A stretch of DNA of 64,000 nucleotides, taken from an uncultured Verrucomicrobiae bacterium. Lineage in GTDB: Bacteria > Verrucomicrobiota > Verrucomicrobiia > Limisphaerales > JAFGQR01. Shown piece by piece: positions 56,339 to 64,000 of this stretch; within the stretch, counting starts at the first letter, position 1; each line of letters opens with the position of its first letter. The notes below the pieces were generated by a model, which was given only the letters and a program-made list of their open reading frames with translations, ran no database searches and was not told where the DNA came from. Location: positions 1-64,000 of the forward strand of contig CAWBHS010000090.1 in the NCBI GenBank assembly GCA_963788655.1, in the 5' to 3' direction. The translations under genes were made by a program, and so were the position numbers.

Positions 56339-57688
56339 ATGAGCATTGCCCAATATGAAGTCGTAATCATCGGTGGCGGCATTTCCGGCTGCGCTTTGTT
56401 CTTTACCTTGGCGCGCTACACCGACGTGGCCTCGGTGGCGTTGTTCGAAAAGTACGACAGCATTGCGCCGTTGAATTCCAGCGCCCGCGCCAACAGCCAG
56501 ACCTTGCACTGCGGCGATATCGAGACCAATTACACGCTCGAGAAGGCTATCAGGGTCAATCAGATTGCCGGCATGATCCTGCGCTACGGCGAACTCATGC
56601 CCGACGCCCGCGAAGCGATGCGCGTCTATCCGAAAATGGTGCTCGGCGTCGGCGAGCGCGAAGTGGATTATGTGCGCCGCCGGCACGGCGAATTCGCGGA
56701 CGCGTTTCCCTACATGGAACTTTGGGAGGCGCAGCGCATCGCCGAACTCGAGCCGGCAGTGGCATTGCTGGACGGGCGCCGGCGGCCGGAACCCATTGTG
56801 GCCAGCGGTACGACCACCGAAGTGTGCGCCGTCGACTACGGCAAGCTATCGAGTTCGTTGGTCCGCAATGCCGAAGCCGAAAACAAGAAAACCGATCTGC
56901 ACCTGGGCACCAAAGTGCAGTCCATAGTCGAACACGACGGGGAATTTGTGCTCGCCACCGACCGCGGCACCGTACAGGCGCGGTCGCTGGTCATTTCCGC
57001 CGGGCCGCACAGCCTGCTCTACGCCCATCGCATGGGTTACGGCCTGCAATATTCCATCCTGCCGATGGCCGGCAGCTTCTATTTCGTTCCCAAACGCATC
57101 AACGGCAAAGTGTATACGGTGCAGAATCCGAAGCTGCCCTTCGCGGCACTGCACGCCGATCCTGACCTCACCGTTCCGGACCGCACCCGGATCGGTCCCA
57201 CTGCGCTGCTGCTGCCGAAAATGGAACGCTACCGCCCGGGCACGTATGGTGAATTTCTCAAGGTGCTGAAGCCGGACATGGGCGTGGCACGGGTGTTCTG
57301 GGATCTGCTGAAGGATCGGGACATCCGCAATTACATCGTGCGCAATATTCTGTTCGAAGTACCGCTGGTGCGGCGCCGGTTGTTCCTCAAGGACGTGCGC
57401 AAAATCATTCCGTCACTGACGCTGAAGGAACTGGAATTTGCCAAGGGTTACGGCGGTCTGCGGCCCCAGGTCATCGACCGGGAAAATGCCCGCCTGCAGC
57501 TGGGCGAAGCGTCGATCAACCCGGGCACGGGCGTCATCTTCAATCTCACCCCGTCGCCAGGGGCCTCCACCTGCCTGGGCAATGCCTATCGCGACGCCCT
57601 GTCGGTCACGGCCCACACCGGCCGCACCCTGGACCGAGACCGCCTGGTTCGGGAACTGCTCGGCAACGAGGAAATGTTTCCGGTCTGA
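56339..57688 (+). CDS. mqo: FAD-dependent oxidoreductase, malate:quinone oxidoreductase type
   Basis: IIGGGISG, NSQTLHCGDIETNY, KVYTVQNPKLPFAALH, GYGGLRPQ, TPSPGASTCLGNA. Confidence 0.8.
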   Translation: MSIAQYEVVIIGGGISGCALFFTLARYTDVASVALFEKYDSIAPLNSSARANSQTLHCGDIETNYTLEKAIRVNQIAGMILRYGELMPDAREAMRVYPKMVLGVGEREVDYVRRRHGEFADAFPYMELWEAQRIAELEPAVALLDGRRRPEPIVASGTTTEVCAVDYGKLSSSLVRNAEAENKKTDLHLGTKVQSIVEHDGEFVLATDRGTVQARSLVISAGPHSLLYAHRMGYGLQYSILPMAGSFYFVPKRINGKVYTVQNPKLPFAALHADPDLTVPDRTRIGPTALLLPKMERYRPGTYGEFLKVLKPDMGVARVFWDLLKDRDIRNYIVRNILFEVPLVRRRLFLKDVRKIIPSLTLKELEFAKGYGGLRPQVIDRENARLQLGEASINPGTGVIFNLTPSPGASTCLGNAYRDALSVTAHTGRTLDRDRLVRELLGNEEMFPV

Positions 57689-57742
57689 CGCCCCGCCAAC
57701 CCTGTTCTAAGCTGGGACGACGTGCTCACCCACAGGAACGCC

Positions 57743-58560
57743 ATGGAATCCTCCGCTGAACTTTGGGACGACCAGGACCTTGCCGATTTGCGCTGGGCGT
57801 ATCGTTACCTCGAACATCCTTCCTTCGCGGCGAAACTGAGCAGCCTGATCGGGGTTCCTATGGATCAAGCCGTGGGGATGCTGCCGGAAAAATGGAGGAA
57901 GGTGGTGCAAAGCGCGGTGGAAACCAGCTTACAGCACATCACCGAAACCGCGATCCGTTCCCTGCCCCCGTCCTACGAAGGCGAATCGAAGGACCGCTTC
58001 CACAAGCTGCTTGCCGGCGGCAGCGGCGCCCTCGGCGGCTTCTTCGGCGCCATGGGCCTGGCAGCGGAGTTGCCGGTCACCACAGGGTTGATGTTGCGCT
58101 CCATCGCCGACGTCGCCCGCTGCCAGGGCGAGAACCTCGACAGCCTGGAGGCACGAATGGCGTGTGTGGAAGTGTTCGCCCTCGGCGGCCGCACCGCGAT
58201 GACGACGCCACCGAATCCGGTTATTACGGCTTGCGCTTGGCGTTGAGCATGCAGTTGTCGAATATACTCAAATCCGGAGGCGGATTCGGCATACCCGCAG
58301 CCAGCAATTTTCTGCGCAGCGTCGCCGCGCGCTATGGAGTGGTGGTTTCAAACAAGGCGGCGGCGCAGCTGGTGCCGGTCGCCGGCGCAGTGACCGGCGC
58401 CGCATTGAACGTTTTATTCCTGGATCACTTTCAGGACGTAGCCCGCGGCCATTTCACCATCAGGCGTCTGGAACGCAAATACGGCAGCGCGCCGGTGCAG
58501 GCCGCTTTCGAACGACTGCGCCAAGAAGAAGACAGCCGACAGAAACAGGTGATGCCCTAG
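57743..58560 (+). CDS. EcsC family protein (frameshift near 58197)
   Basis: LEHPSFAAKL, ELPVTTGLMLRSIADVA, CVEVFALGG, AAQLVPVAGA, ARGHFTIRRLERKYG. Confidence 0.85.
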
Positions 58561-58564
58561 CAGT

Positions 58565-59000
58565 TCACGCGACCTGGGACTGTTTTCGCGCTAATTCCCG
58601 GGCCTGGGATTTCATCAATTCGACGATCGCATATACGCCTACGTGGCGATTGGGCGACAGATGCTCATCGAGATTGAGACGCTCGAATACCTCGTCCACG
58701 TCCGAGTGTTTGTACTTCGCGCATGGTCTTGCCCGACGCCATCTTGATCAACAAAGCCAGCACGCCTTTGATCACAGCGGTATCACAATCGCCATGGTAG
58801 TGCAGCTTGGTGCGGTCGGCGGGATCGACGAATGCTTGCACCCACACCTGGCTCATGCAGCCCTTGACCCGGTTGTCTTCGGATTTCTCCTCATCCGGCA
58901 TGGGCTCCATCTGCTCACCCAGCTCCACCAGATACTGGTAGCGGGCATCCCAGTCACCCAGCATCTCGAAGATTTCGACGATTTCGTCCAGCTCTCGCAT
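58565..59000 (-). CDS. sufE: SufE family sulfur acceptor (frameshift near 58705)
   Basis: DWDARYQYLVELG, NRVKGCMSQVW, GDCDTAVIKG, then LDEHLSPNR. Confidence 0.9.
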
Positions 59001-59035
59001 CCGTTTATCTCCAGCAGCCCGAAGCGGCCCTTTCA

Positions 59036-59362
59036 CTACACGCTGAAAGACTCGCCGCAGCCGCAGGAATCCTTGACGTTGGGATTCCGGAATTCGAAAC
59101 CCTCGTTGAGGATATTGCTCTTGACGTAATCGAGCTCCATACCATCGAGGCGCGGCAAACTGGCGCGGTCGACCACCACTTTGACGCCGTGGTCTTCAAA
59201 CACCACATCCTGTTCACTCACCTCGTCGGCATAATCCACCAGATAGGCGAATCCGCTGCAGCCGCTTTTCTTCGTGCCCAAGCGCAGGCCGATGCCGCTG
59301 CCGCGCTTCTCCAGCATGCGCTGAATGTGCTGGGCTGCGTTTTCCGTCAACTGAATGGCCAT
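59036..59362 (-). CDS. sufA: A-type Fe-S carrier (SufA/IscA)
   Basis: [19 protein letters not shown]. Confidence 0.9.
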   Translation of the reverse strand: MAIQLTENAAQHIQRMLEKRGSGIGLRLGTKKSGCSGFAYLVDYADEVSEQDVVFEDHGVKVVVDRASLPRLDGMELDYVKSNILNEGFEFRNPNVKDSCGCGESFSV

Positions 59363-59377
59363 TCAAACCTCCTGCAA

Positions 59378-59749
59378 TCAAAACATATCCAGCATGAACC
59401 GCGCTTCTTCGGACATTCGGTCCTGGGTCCAGGGCGGGTCCCATACCAATTCAACGTCGGCGTCGGTCACACCTTCCACTTTGCGCACCGTTTGCGCCAC
59501 CATGCCGGGCATGGTGCCGGCCACCGGACAGGCCGGCGCGGTCAGGGTCATCTTGATTTCGACCCGGCCGGTTTCGGGATCGACATCGGTTTCATAGATC
59601 AAACCCAGGTCGTAGATATTGACCGGCAATTCCGGGTCGTAGACCGTTTTCAATGCCGCGATTACCCGTTCCTCCAGCGTACCACCTTCCGCGGCCGCAT
59701 CGGGACGATTGAGATCGGGTTGGAAATTGACCGGTTTGCTGCTGCTCAT
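59378..59749 (-). CDS. SUF system Fe-S assembly protein (DUF59, SufT-like)
   Basis: LKTVYDPELPVNIYDLGLIY, MTLTAPACP, LVWDPPW. Confidence 0.9.
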   Translation of the reverse strand: MSSSKPVNFQPDLNRPDAAAEGGTLEERVIAALKTVYDPELPVNIYDLGLIYETDVDPETGRVEIKMTLTAPACPVAGTMPGMVAQTVRKVEGVTDADVELVWDPPWTQDRMSEEARFMLDMF

Positions 59750-59760
59750 GAGCGTGCCAC

Positions 59761-61107
59761 TCAAATATCGACTGCTACATGTTCCAGTGCATCCTGCAAA
59801 CGTCGCTCGGCGCGTTCGCGGAGCCCTTCGATCTCGCAACTGTCGAAAATTTCCCGGGCAAAACCCAGGCACAGCATTTTGCGCGCCTCGCCCACCTCGA
59901 TGCCCCGCGAACGCAAATAGAATAGATGCTGCGGGTCGAGCTGTCCGACCGTGGTGCCATGACTGCACTTGACGTCGTCGGCATAAATCTCGAGTTGCGG
60001 CTTGGTGTCCACTTCCGCACTTCTGGTCAACAACAGGTTGTTGTTGGACAGTTGCGCGTCGGTCTTTTGCGCATCCTGGGAGACGAGAATCCGGCCGTCG
60101 AAAACCGCCCGCCCTTTGCCGTGCAAAATCCCGCGGAAATTTTCGCGGCTGGTGCAACCGGGTACGTGATGCATCACATTGAGGTGGAAGTCCACCAACT
60201 GCCGGTCGCCCGCAAGGTACAACCCATCCAGTTCGCAATTGGCGCCTTCGCCCTGGAAGTCGACATTGAAGTCGGTTCGCGACCAGGCGCCGCCCAAAGC
60301 GATGCTGGTCGAGCGGTAGACGCTACCGGCCTGCTGGCGCAGAAACAAACTGCTCAGGTGAAAAGCGCCGGTGCTTTCTTCCTGGAGCCGGTAGTGCGTG
60401 AGCTCGGCTCGCGGCTCCAGCAATAATTCGCTGACGCTGTTGTTGAAATACATGGACTGGCCGAAGCTGGCCTGCCGTTCGATCAGGGTTGCCCGCGCAC
60501 CCTCTTCAAGGACGATCAGATTGCGCGGCTGGGCGACGATGGCGTCCTCGAGGCCCTCACTGAGAAACAGCGCTTCGATCGGCTTGTCGAGCTGCATGTC
60601 GCGCGGAACGATCACCACCAGGCCGTCATTGATCAGGGCCGTGTTGAGATTGTTGAACACATGGCTCTCATCGCTCGCAGCCGAATGCAGCCATTGCGCG
60701 GCCTGCTCCGGTTCCGACTCGAGTAGCGCACGCAGGCTTTGCACACGAACGCCCTTCGGCAAGCCTTCCAACTGCGACAAGGACTCGACCAGTCGACCGT
60801 TTGCAAACACCAGGCGATATGCATCCAGATCTTCGATGGTGACCTCGTCGAGGTCGGATTCGATCAACGCCGTGAACGGCTCCAGACTGATGTTGAAATC
60901 GGTCTGCAACAAAGAATCGAGCCCGGTATAGCGCCAAGCCTCGGACTTCTTGGTCGGAAATCCACTACGGACCAAAGCTTCGCTGGCGCTGTTGCGCTTC
61001 TGCTCCAGCCACGCCTGATCGGTGGCCGGAAGCCCAGCATGCGCATTGCGAATCAGCGCTTGATAGCGCTCGACCGCAGCGGGCGAGTTGCCGGCCGCTG
61101 CACTCAT
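59761..61107 (-). CDS. sufD: Fe-S cluster assembly protein SufD
   Basis: EAWRYT, GRAVFDGRI, AQKTDA, KPQLEIYADDVKCSHG, FYLRSRGI. Confidence 0.95.
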   Translation of the reverse strand: MSAAAGNSPAAVERYQALIRNAHAGLPATDQAWLEQKRNSASEALVRSGFPTKKSEAWRYTGLDSLLQTDFNISLEPFTALIESDLDEVTIEDLDAYRLVFANGRLVESLSQLEGLPKGVRVQSLRALLESEPEQAAQWLHSAASDESHVFNNLNTALINDGLVVIVPRDMQLDKPIEALFLSEGLEDAIVAQPRNLIVLEEGARATLIERQASFGQSMYFNNSVSELLLEPRAELTHYRLQEESTGAFHLSSLFLRQQAGSVYRSTSIALGGAWSRTDFNVDFQGEGANCELDGLYLAGDRQLVDFHLNVMHHVPGCTSRENFRGILHGKGRAVFDGRILVSQDAQKTDAQLSNNNLLLTRSAEVDTKPQLEIYADDVKCSHGTTVGQLDPQHLFYLRSRGIEVGEARKMLCLGFAREIFDSCEIEGLRERAERRLQDALEHVAVDI

Positions 61108-61856
61108 GCCGCGTCCTCCTCGACGAGCCAGCCGTAGCCTTTCTCTTCCAGCTCGTGGGCGAGTTCCTTGCCACCGGAGCGCACGATGCGGCCGCCGGCG
61201 AGCACATGGACGTAGTCCGGCTCGATGTAATCGAGCAAGCGCTGATAGTGGGTCACCACGATCATGGAGCGTTCCGGGCTGCGCAGGGCATTGACGCCGT
61301 CGGCCACGATCCGCAGCGCATCGATATCGAGGCCGGAATCGGTTTCGTCCAGAATCGCCAGCTTCGGCTCCAACAGCGCCATCTGCAAAATCTCGTTGCG
61401 TTTCTTTTCGCCTCCCGAGAAACCGGCGTTGACGGAGCGCTTGAGCAGCTTCTCGTCCAAGTTCACGAGCTTGGCCTTGTCCCGCACCAGTTTCATGAAC
61501 GTCACCGCATCCAGCTCCGGCTGGCCGTTGGCTTTGCGAACGGCATTCAGCGAAGCCTTGAGGAAGGTCATGTTACCGACACCCGGCAGTTCCACCGGGT
61601 ATTGCATGGCCAAGAACAAGCCATGATGGGCACGCTCCTCGGTTTCCATTTCCAGCAGATTCTCGCCTTCGAACAGAACTTCTCCGTCGGTGACTTCGTA
61701 GCCCTCACGACCTGACAATACATGGGCCAGGGTGCTCTTGCCGGAGCCGTTGGGCCCCATGATGGCGTGCACTTCGCCCGACTTCACATGCAAATCCAAG
61801 CCCTTGAGGATGGGCTTTTCGTCGACGTTCACCTTCAAACCTTTTACGGACAGCAT
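61104..61856 (-). CDS. sufC: Fe-S cluster assembly ATPase SufC
   Basis: GPNGSGKST, GFSGGEKKRNE, LDETDSGLDID, THYQRLL. Confidence 0.96.
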   Translation of the reverse strand: MLSVKGLKVNVDEKPILKGLDLHVKSGEVHAIMGPNGSGKSTLAHVLSGREGYEVTDGEVLFEGENLLEMETEERAHHGLFLAMQYPVELPGVGNMTFLKASLNAVRKANGQPELDAVTFMKLVRDKAKLVNLDEKLLKRSVNAGFSGGEKKRNEILQMALLEPKLAILDETDSGLDIDALRIVADGVNALRSPERSMIVVTHYQRLLDYIEPDYVHVLAGGRIVRSGGKELAHELEEKGYGWLVEEDAA

Positions 61857-61887
61857 TCGATTCACTCCTCGATATATTGGTCGCCGA

Positions 61888-63333
61888 TCAGCCCACCGCA
61901 CCTTCGAGACTGACGGACAACAGTTTCTGCGCCTCGACCGCGAACTCCATCGGTAGTTCCTTGAACACTTCCTTGCAGAAGCCGTTGACGATCATGGACA
62001 CGGCGTCCTCTTCCGACATGCCGCGCTGGCGACAGTAGAACAGCTGGTCGTCGCCGACTTTCGACGTGGTCGCCTCATGCTCGACTTTGGCGGTCGGATT
62101 CTTCACCTCGATATAGGGGTAGGTATGCGCGGCACAACGGTCGCCGATCAACAGCGAATCGCACTGGGTATGGTTACGGGCGTTTTCCGCCCGCTGCGCG
62201 ATGCGCACCAGACCTCGATAAGCATTGGTACCCCGTTGCGCGGAAATACCTTTGGACACGATGGTCGAGCGGGTATTGCGGCCGATGTGAATCATCTTGG
62301 TGCCGGTATCGGCTTGCTGCCGACCCTTGGTCACCGCCACGGAATAGAACTCGCCCACGGAATGGTCGCCGCGCAGGATGCAGCTCGGATATTTCCAGGT
62401 GATCGCGGAACCGGTTTCCACCTGGGTCCAGGAGATGTGCGAACGTGCGCCGCGGCAGTCACCGCGCTTGGTGACGAAGTTGTAAATGCCGCCACGGCCC
62501 TCGGCGTCGCCCGGATACCAGTTCTGCACGGTGGAATACTTGATCTGCGCATCGTCCATTGCCACCAGTTCCACGACCGCGGCATGCAGCTGGTTTTCGT
62601 CGCGCATGGGCGCCGTGCAGCCTTCGAGATAGCTCACGTAGCTGCCTTCCTCGGCGACGATCAAGGTGCGCTCGAACTGACCCGTATTAGCGGCGTTGAT
62701 CCGGAAATAAGTGGACAGTTCCATCGGACAGCGCACCCCTTTGGGGATGTACACGAAGGTACCGTCGGAAAACACCGCCGCATTCAGCGCCGCAAAGAAG
62801 TTATCGGTATGCGGCACCACGGAACCCAGGTACTGCTTCACCAGGTCCGGGTGGTCGTGCACGGCTTCGGAAATGGAACAGAAGATAACGCCGGCTTCGG
62901 CGAGTTGCTTACGGAATGTGGTCGCCACGGAAACGCTATCGAACACTGCGTCGACCGCCACACCGGCGAGCGCTTTCTGTTCCTCCAACGGAATGCCGAG
63001 CTTGTTGTAGGTGTCCAGCAATTCCGGATCCACCTCGTCCAGGCTCTGCAGCTGTTTCTTTTTCTTCGGCGCCGCATAATAGGAGATGGATTGGAAATCC
63101 AACGGCGGGTGCTGGACCTTCGCCCAATCGGGTTCGGCCATGGTCAACCAGTGCTTGAACGCCTGCAGACGCAACTCAAGCATCCACTCGGGCTCGTTTT
63201 TCTTCTCCGAGATCAGGCGGACCACGTCTTCGTTGAGGCCAGGGGGCACAACCTCGGATTCGATGTTGGTTACGAATCCGTGTTCGTATCCGCCGCTGAT
63301 CAGCTTGTCGACATTATCAGGTGTCGCACTCAT
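61888..63333 (-). CDS. sufB: Fe-S cluster assembly protein SufB
   Basis: [56 protein letters not shown]. Confidence 0.97.
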   Translation of the reverse strand: MSATPDNVDKLISGGYEHGFVTNIESEVVPPGLNEDVVRLISEKKNEPEWMLELRLQAFKHWLTMAEPDWAKVQHPPLDFQSISYYAAPKKKKQLQSLDEVDPELLDTYNKLGIPLEEQKALAGVAVDAVFDSVSVATTFRKQLAEAGVIFCSISEAVHDHPDLVKQYLGSVVPHTDNFFAALNAAVFSDGTFVYIPKGVRCPMELSTYFRINAANTGQFERTLIVAEEGSYVSYLEGCTAPMRDENQLHAAVVELVAMDDAQIKYSTVQNWYPGDAEGRGGIYNFVTKRGDCRGARSHISWTQVETGSAITWKYPSCILRGDHSVGEFYSVAVTKGRQQADTGTKMIHIGRNTRSTIVSKGISAQRGTNAYRGLVRIAQRAENARNHTQCDSLLIGDRCAAHTYPYIEVKNPTAKVEHEATTSKVGDDQLFYCRQRGMSEEDAVSMIVNGFCKEVFKELPMEFAVEAQKLLSVSLEGAVG

Positions 63334-63413
63334 GAAATCACTCCAACCTGTGCAGCCGGCGACTCGCCAGCCTGGAAAACCATGCAGATCGCGTTGAATC
63401 GCATGGGCGGGCT

Positions 63414-63468
63414 ATACCCGACTTCGTTGCTCAGCTATTCTATATACCTGAGCAAAACAATCAACATT
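63414..63468. promoter_or_regulatory. Two tandem IscR (type 1)-like boxes upstream of sufB
   Basis: ATACCCGACTTCGTTGCTCAGCTAT (63414-63438) and ATACCTGAGCAAAACAATCAACATT (63444-63468) resemble ATASYYGACT-N5-AGTCRRSTAT. Confidence 0.65.
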
Positions 63469-63589
63469 TATTGTGGTGAGGAGATTCACGGGGCGCGGGG
63501 TCGAATGCGCCGGAGATGGGGCCCGGTATTATAGGAAAATTGGGCTGCGTAGCCAAATCCCAGAAAAAAACTATGTGCAACCGAGAGTT

Positions 63590-64000
63590 ATGAGCAGCGA
63601 CATCGACGAATTCTATATCCTGCGTGCGGAGTCGCGCGGCCAGATGCCGCGCGGAGATGACCGCGCCGCCGGTGGCTTCGTCAACCCGGGGGGCGTCCTG
63701 GGTCCGCTGACTTCTGCGTTGCGCTTCGACACCCTGGAGCAAGCAGAGCGCTATGCAGCGGGCCACGACACCGGCAATTACCGCTGGCTGATCCAGTTGT
63801 GCAGTCGAGAAAGCCGCGAAACGGCTACGGACGACGGGCTGCACCGACTGATCGAGCGCATCATGGACATTCCGCAGCCCTATCGCCGCAGTGCATACAA
63901 TTGGCTGCGCGGCAAGGACGTACCGACCCTTCTGCGACGCCAGGGTGAAGAAGTGTACCGACGCCACCGCAAAGTCCTGGCGCAACACGATATCGACATC
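63590..64000 (+). CDS. Hypothetical protein running off the window end; last part resembles the C-terminal domain of gene II/X rolling-circle replication proteins
   Basis: Open frame MSSDIDEFYILRAE...YNWLRGKDVPTLLRRQGEEVYRRHRKVLAQHDIDI, not in the ORF track because it has no stop in the window. Confidence 0.55.
   Translation, partial: MSSDIDEFYILRAESRGQMPRGDDRAAGGFVNPGGVLGPLTSALRFDTLEQAERYAAGHDTGNYRWLIQLCSRESRETATDDGLHRLIERIMDIPQPYRRSAYNWLRGKDVPTLLRRQGEEVYRRHRKVLAQHDIDI

Overview
The window looks like two unrelated genomes joined at about 8,392. Positions 1-8,390 are very GC-rich, frameshift-riddled actinobacterial-type DNA: an MFS-cNMP-patatin fusion, ychF, island-like hypotheticals, a dienelactone hydrolase and the 3' half of an F420-dependent reductase. 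Positions 8,392-64,000 are gammaproteobacterial-type DNA: truncated lhr, CDF transporter, old yellow enzyme, GGDEF protein, rhlE, RND pump, AI-2E transporter, trpB2, ATP-dependent ligase, ClC channel, ABC/lipocalin operon, efpL, nodIJ-like ABC, double-length uvrA, PEP-CTERM protein, mqo and sufBCD-T-A-E. Scattered single-base frameshifts are most likely long-read errors. The most interesting part is an accessory tract at about 25.8-36.0 kb whose genes are bounded by a family of REP-like repeats. It holds a YqcI/GntA plus DUF1989 pair, a Cyc2-like cytochrome-porin, and an integrase-less integron-like cassette array. The first cassette encodes a predicted HEPN (RxxxxH) plus Zn-ribbon protein ending in an SSB-type tail (DDDIPF), a candidate undescribed anti-phage effector. 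All family calls are by motif recognition only; no searches were run.
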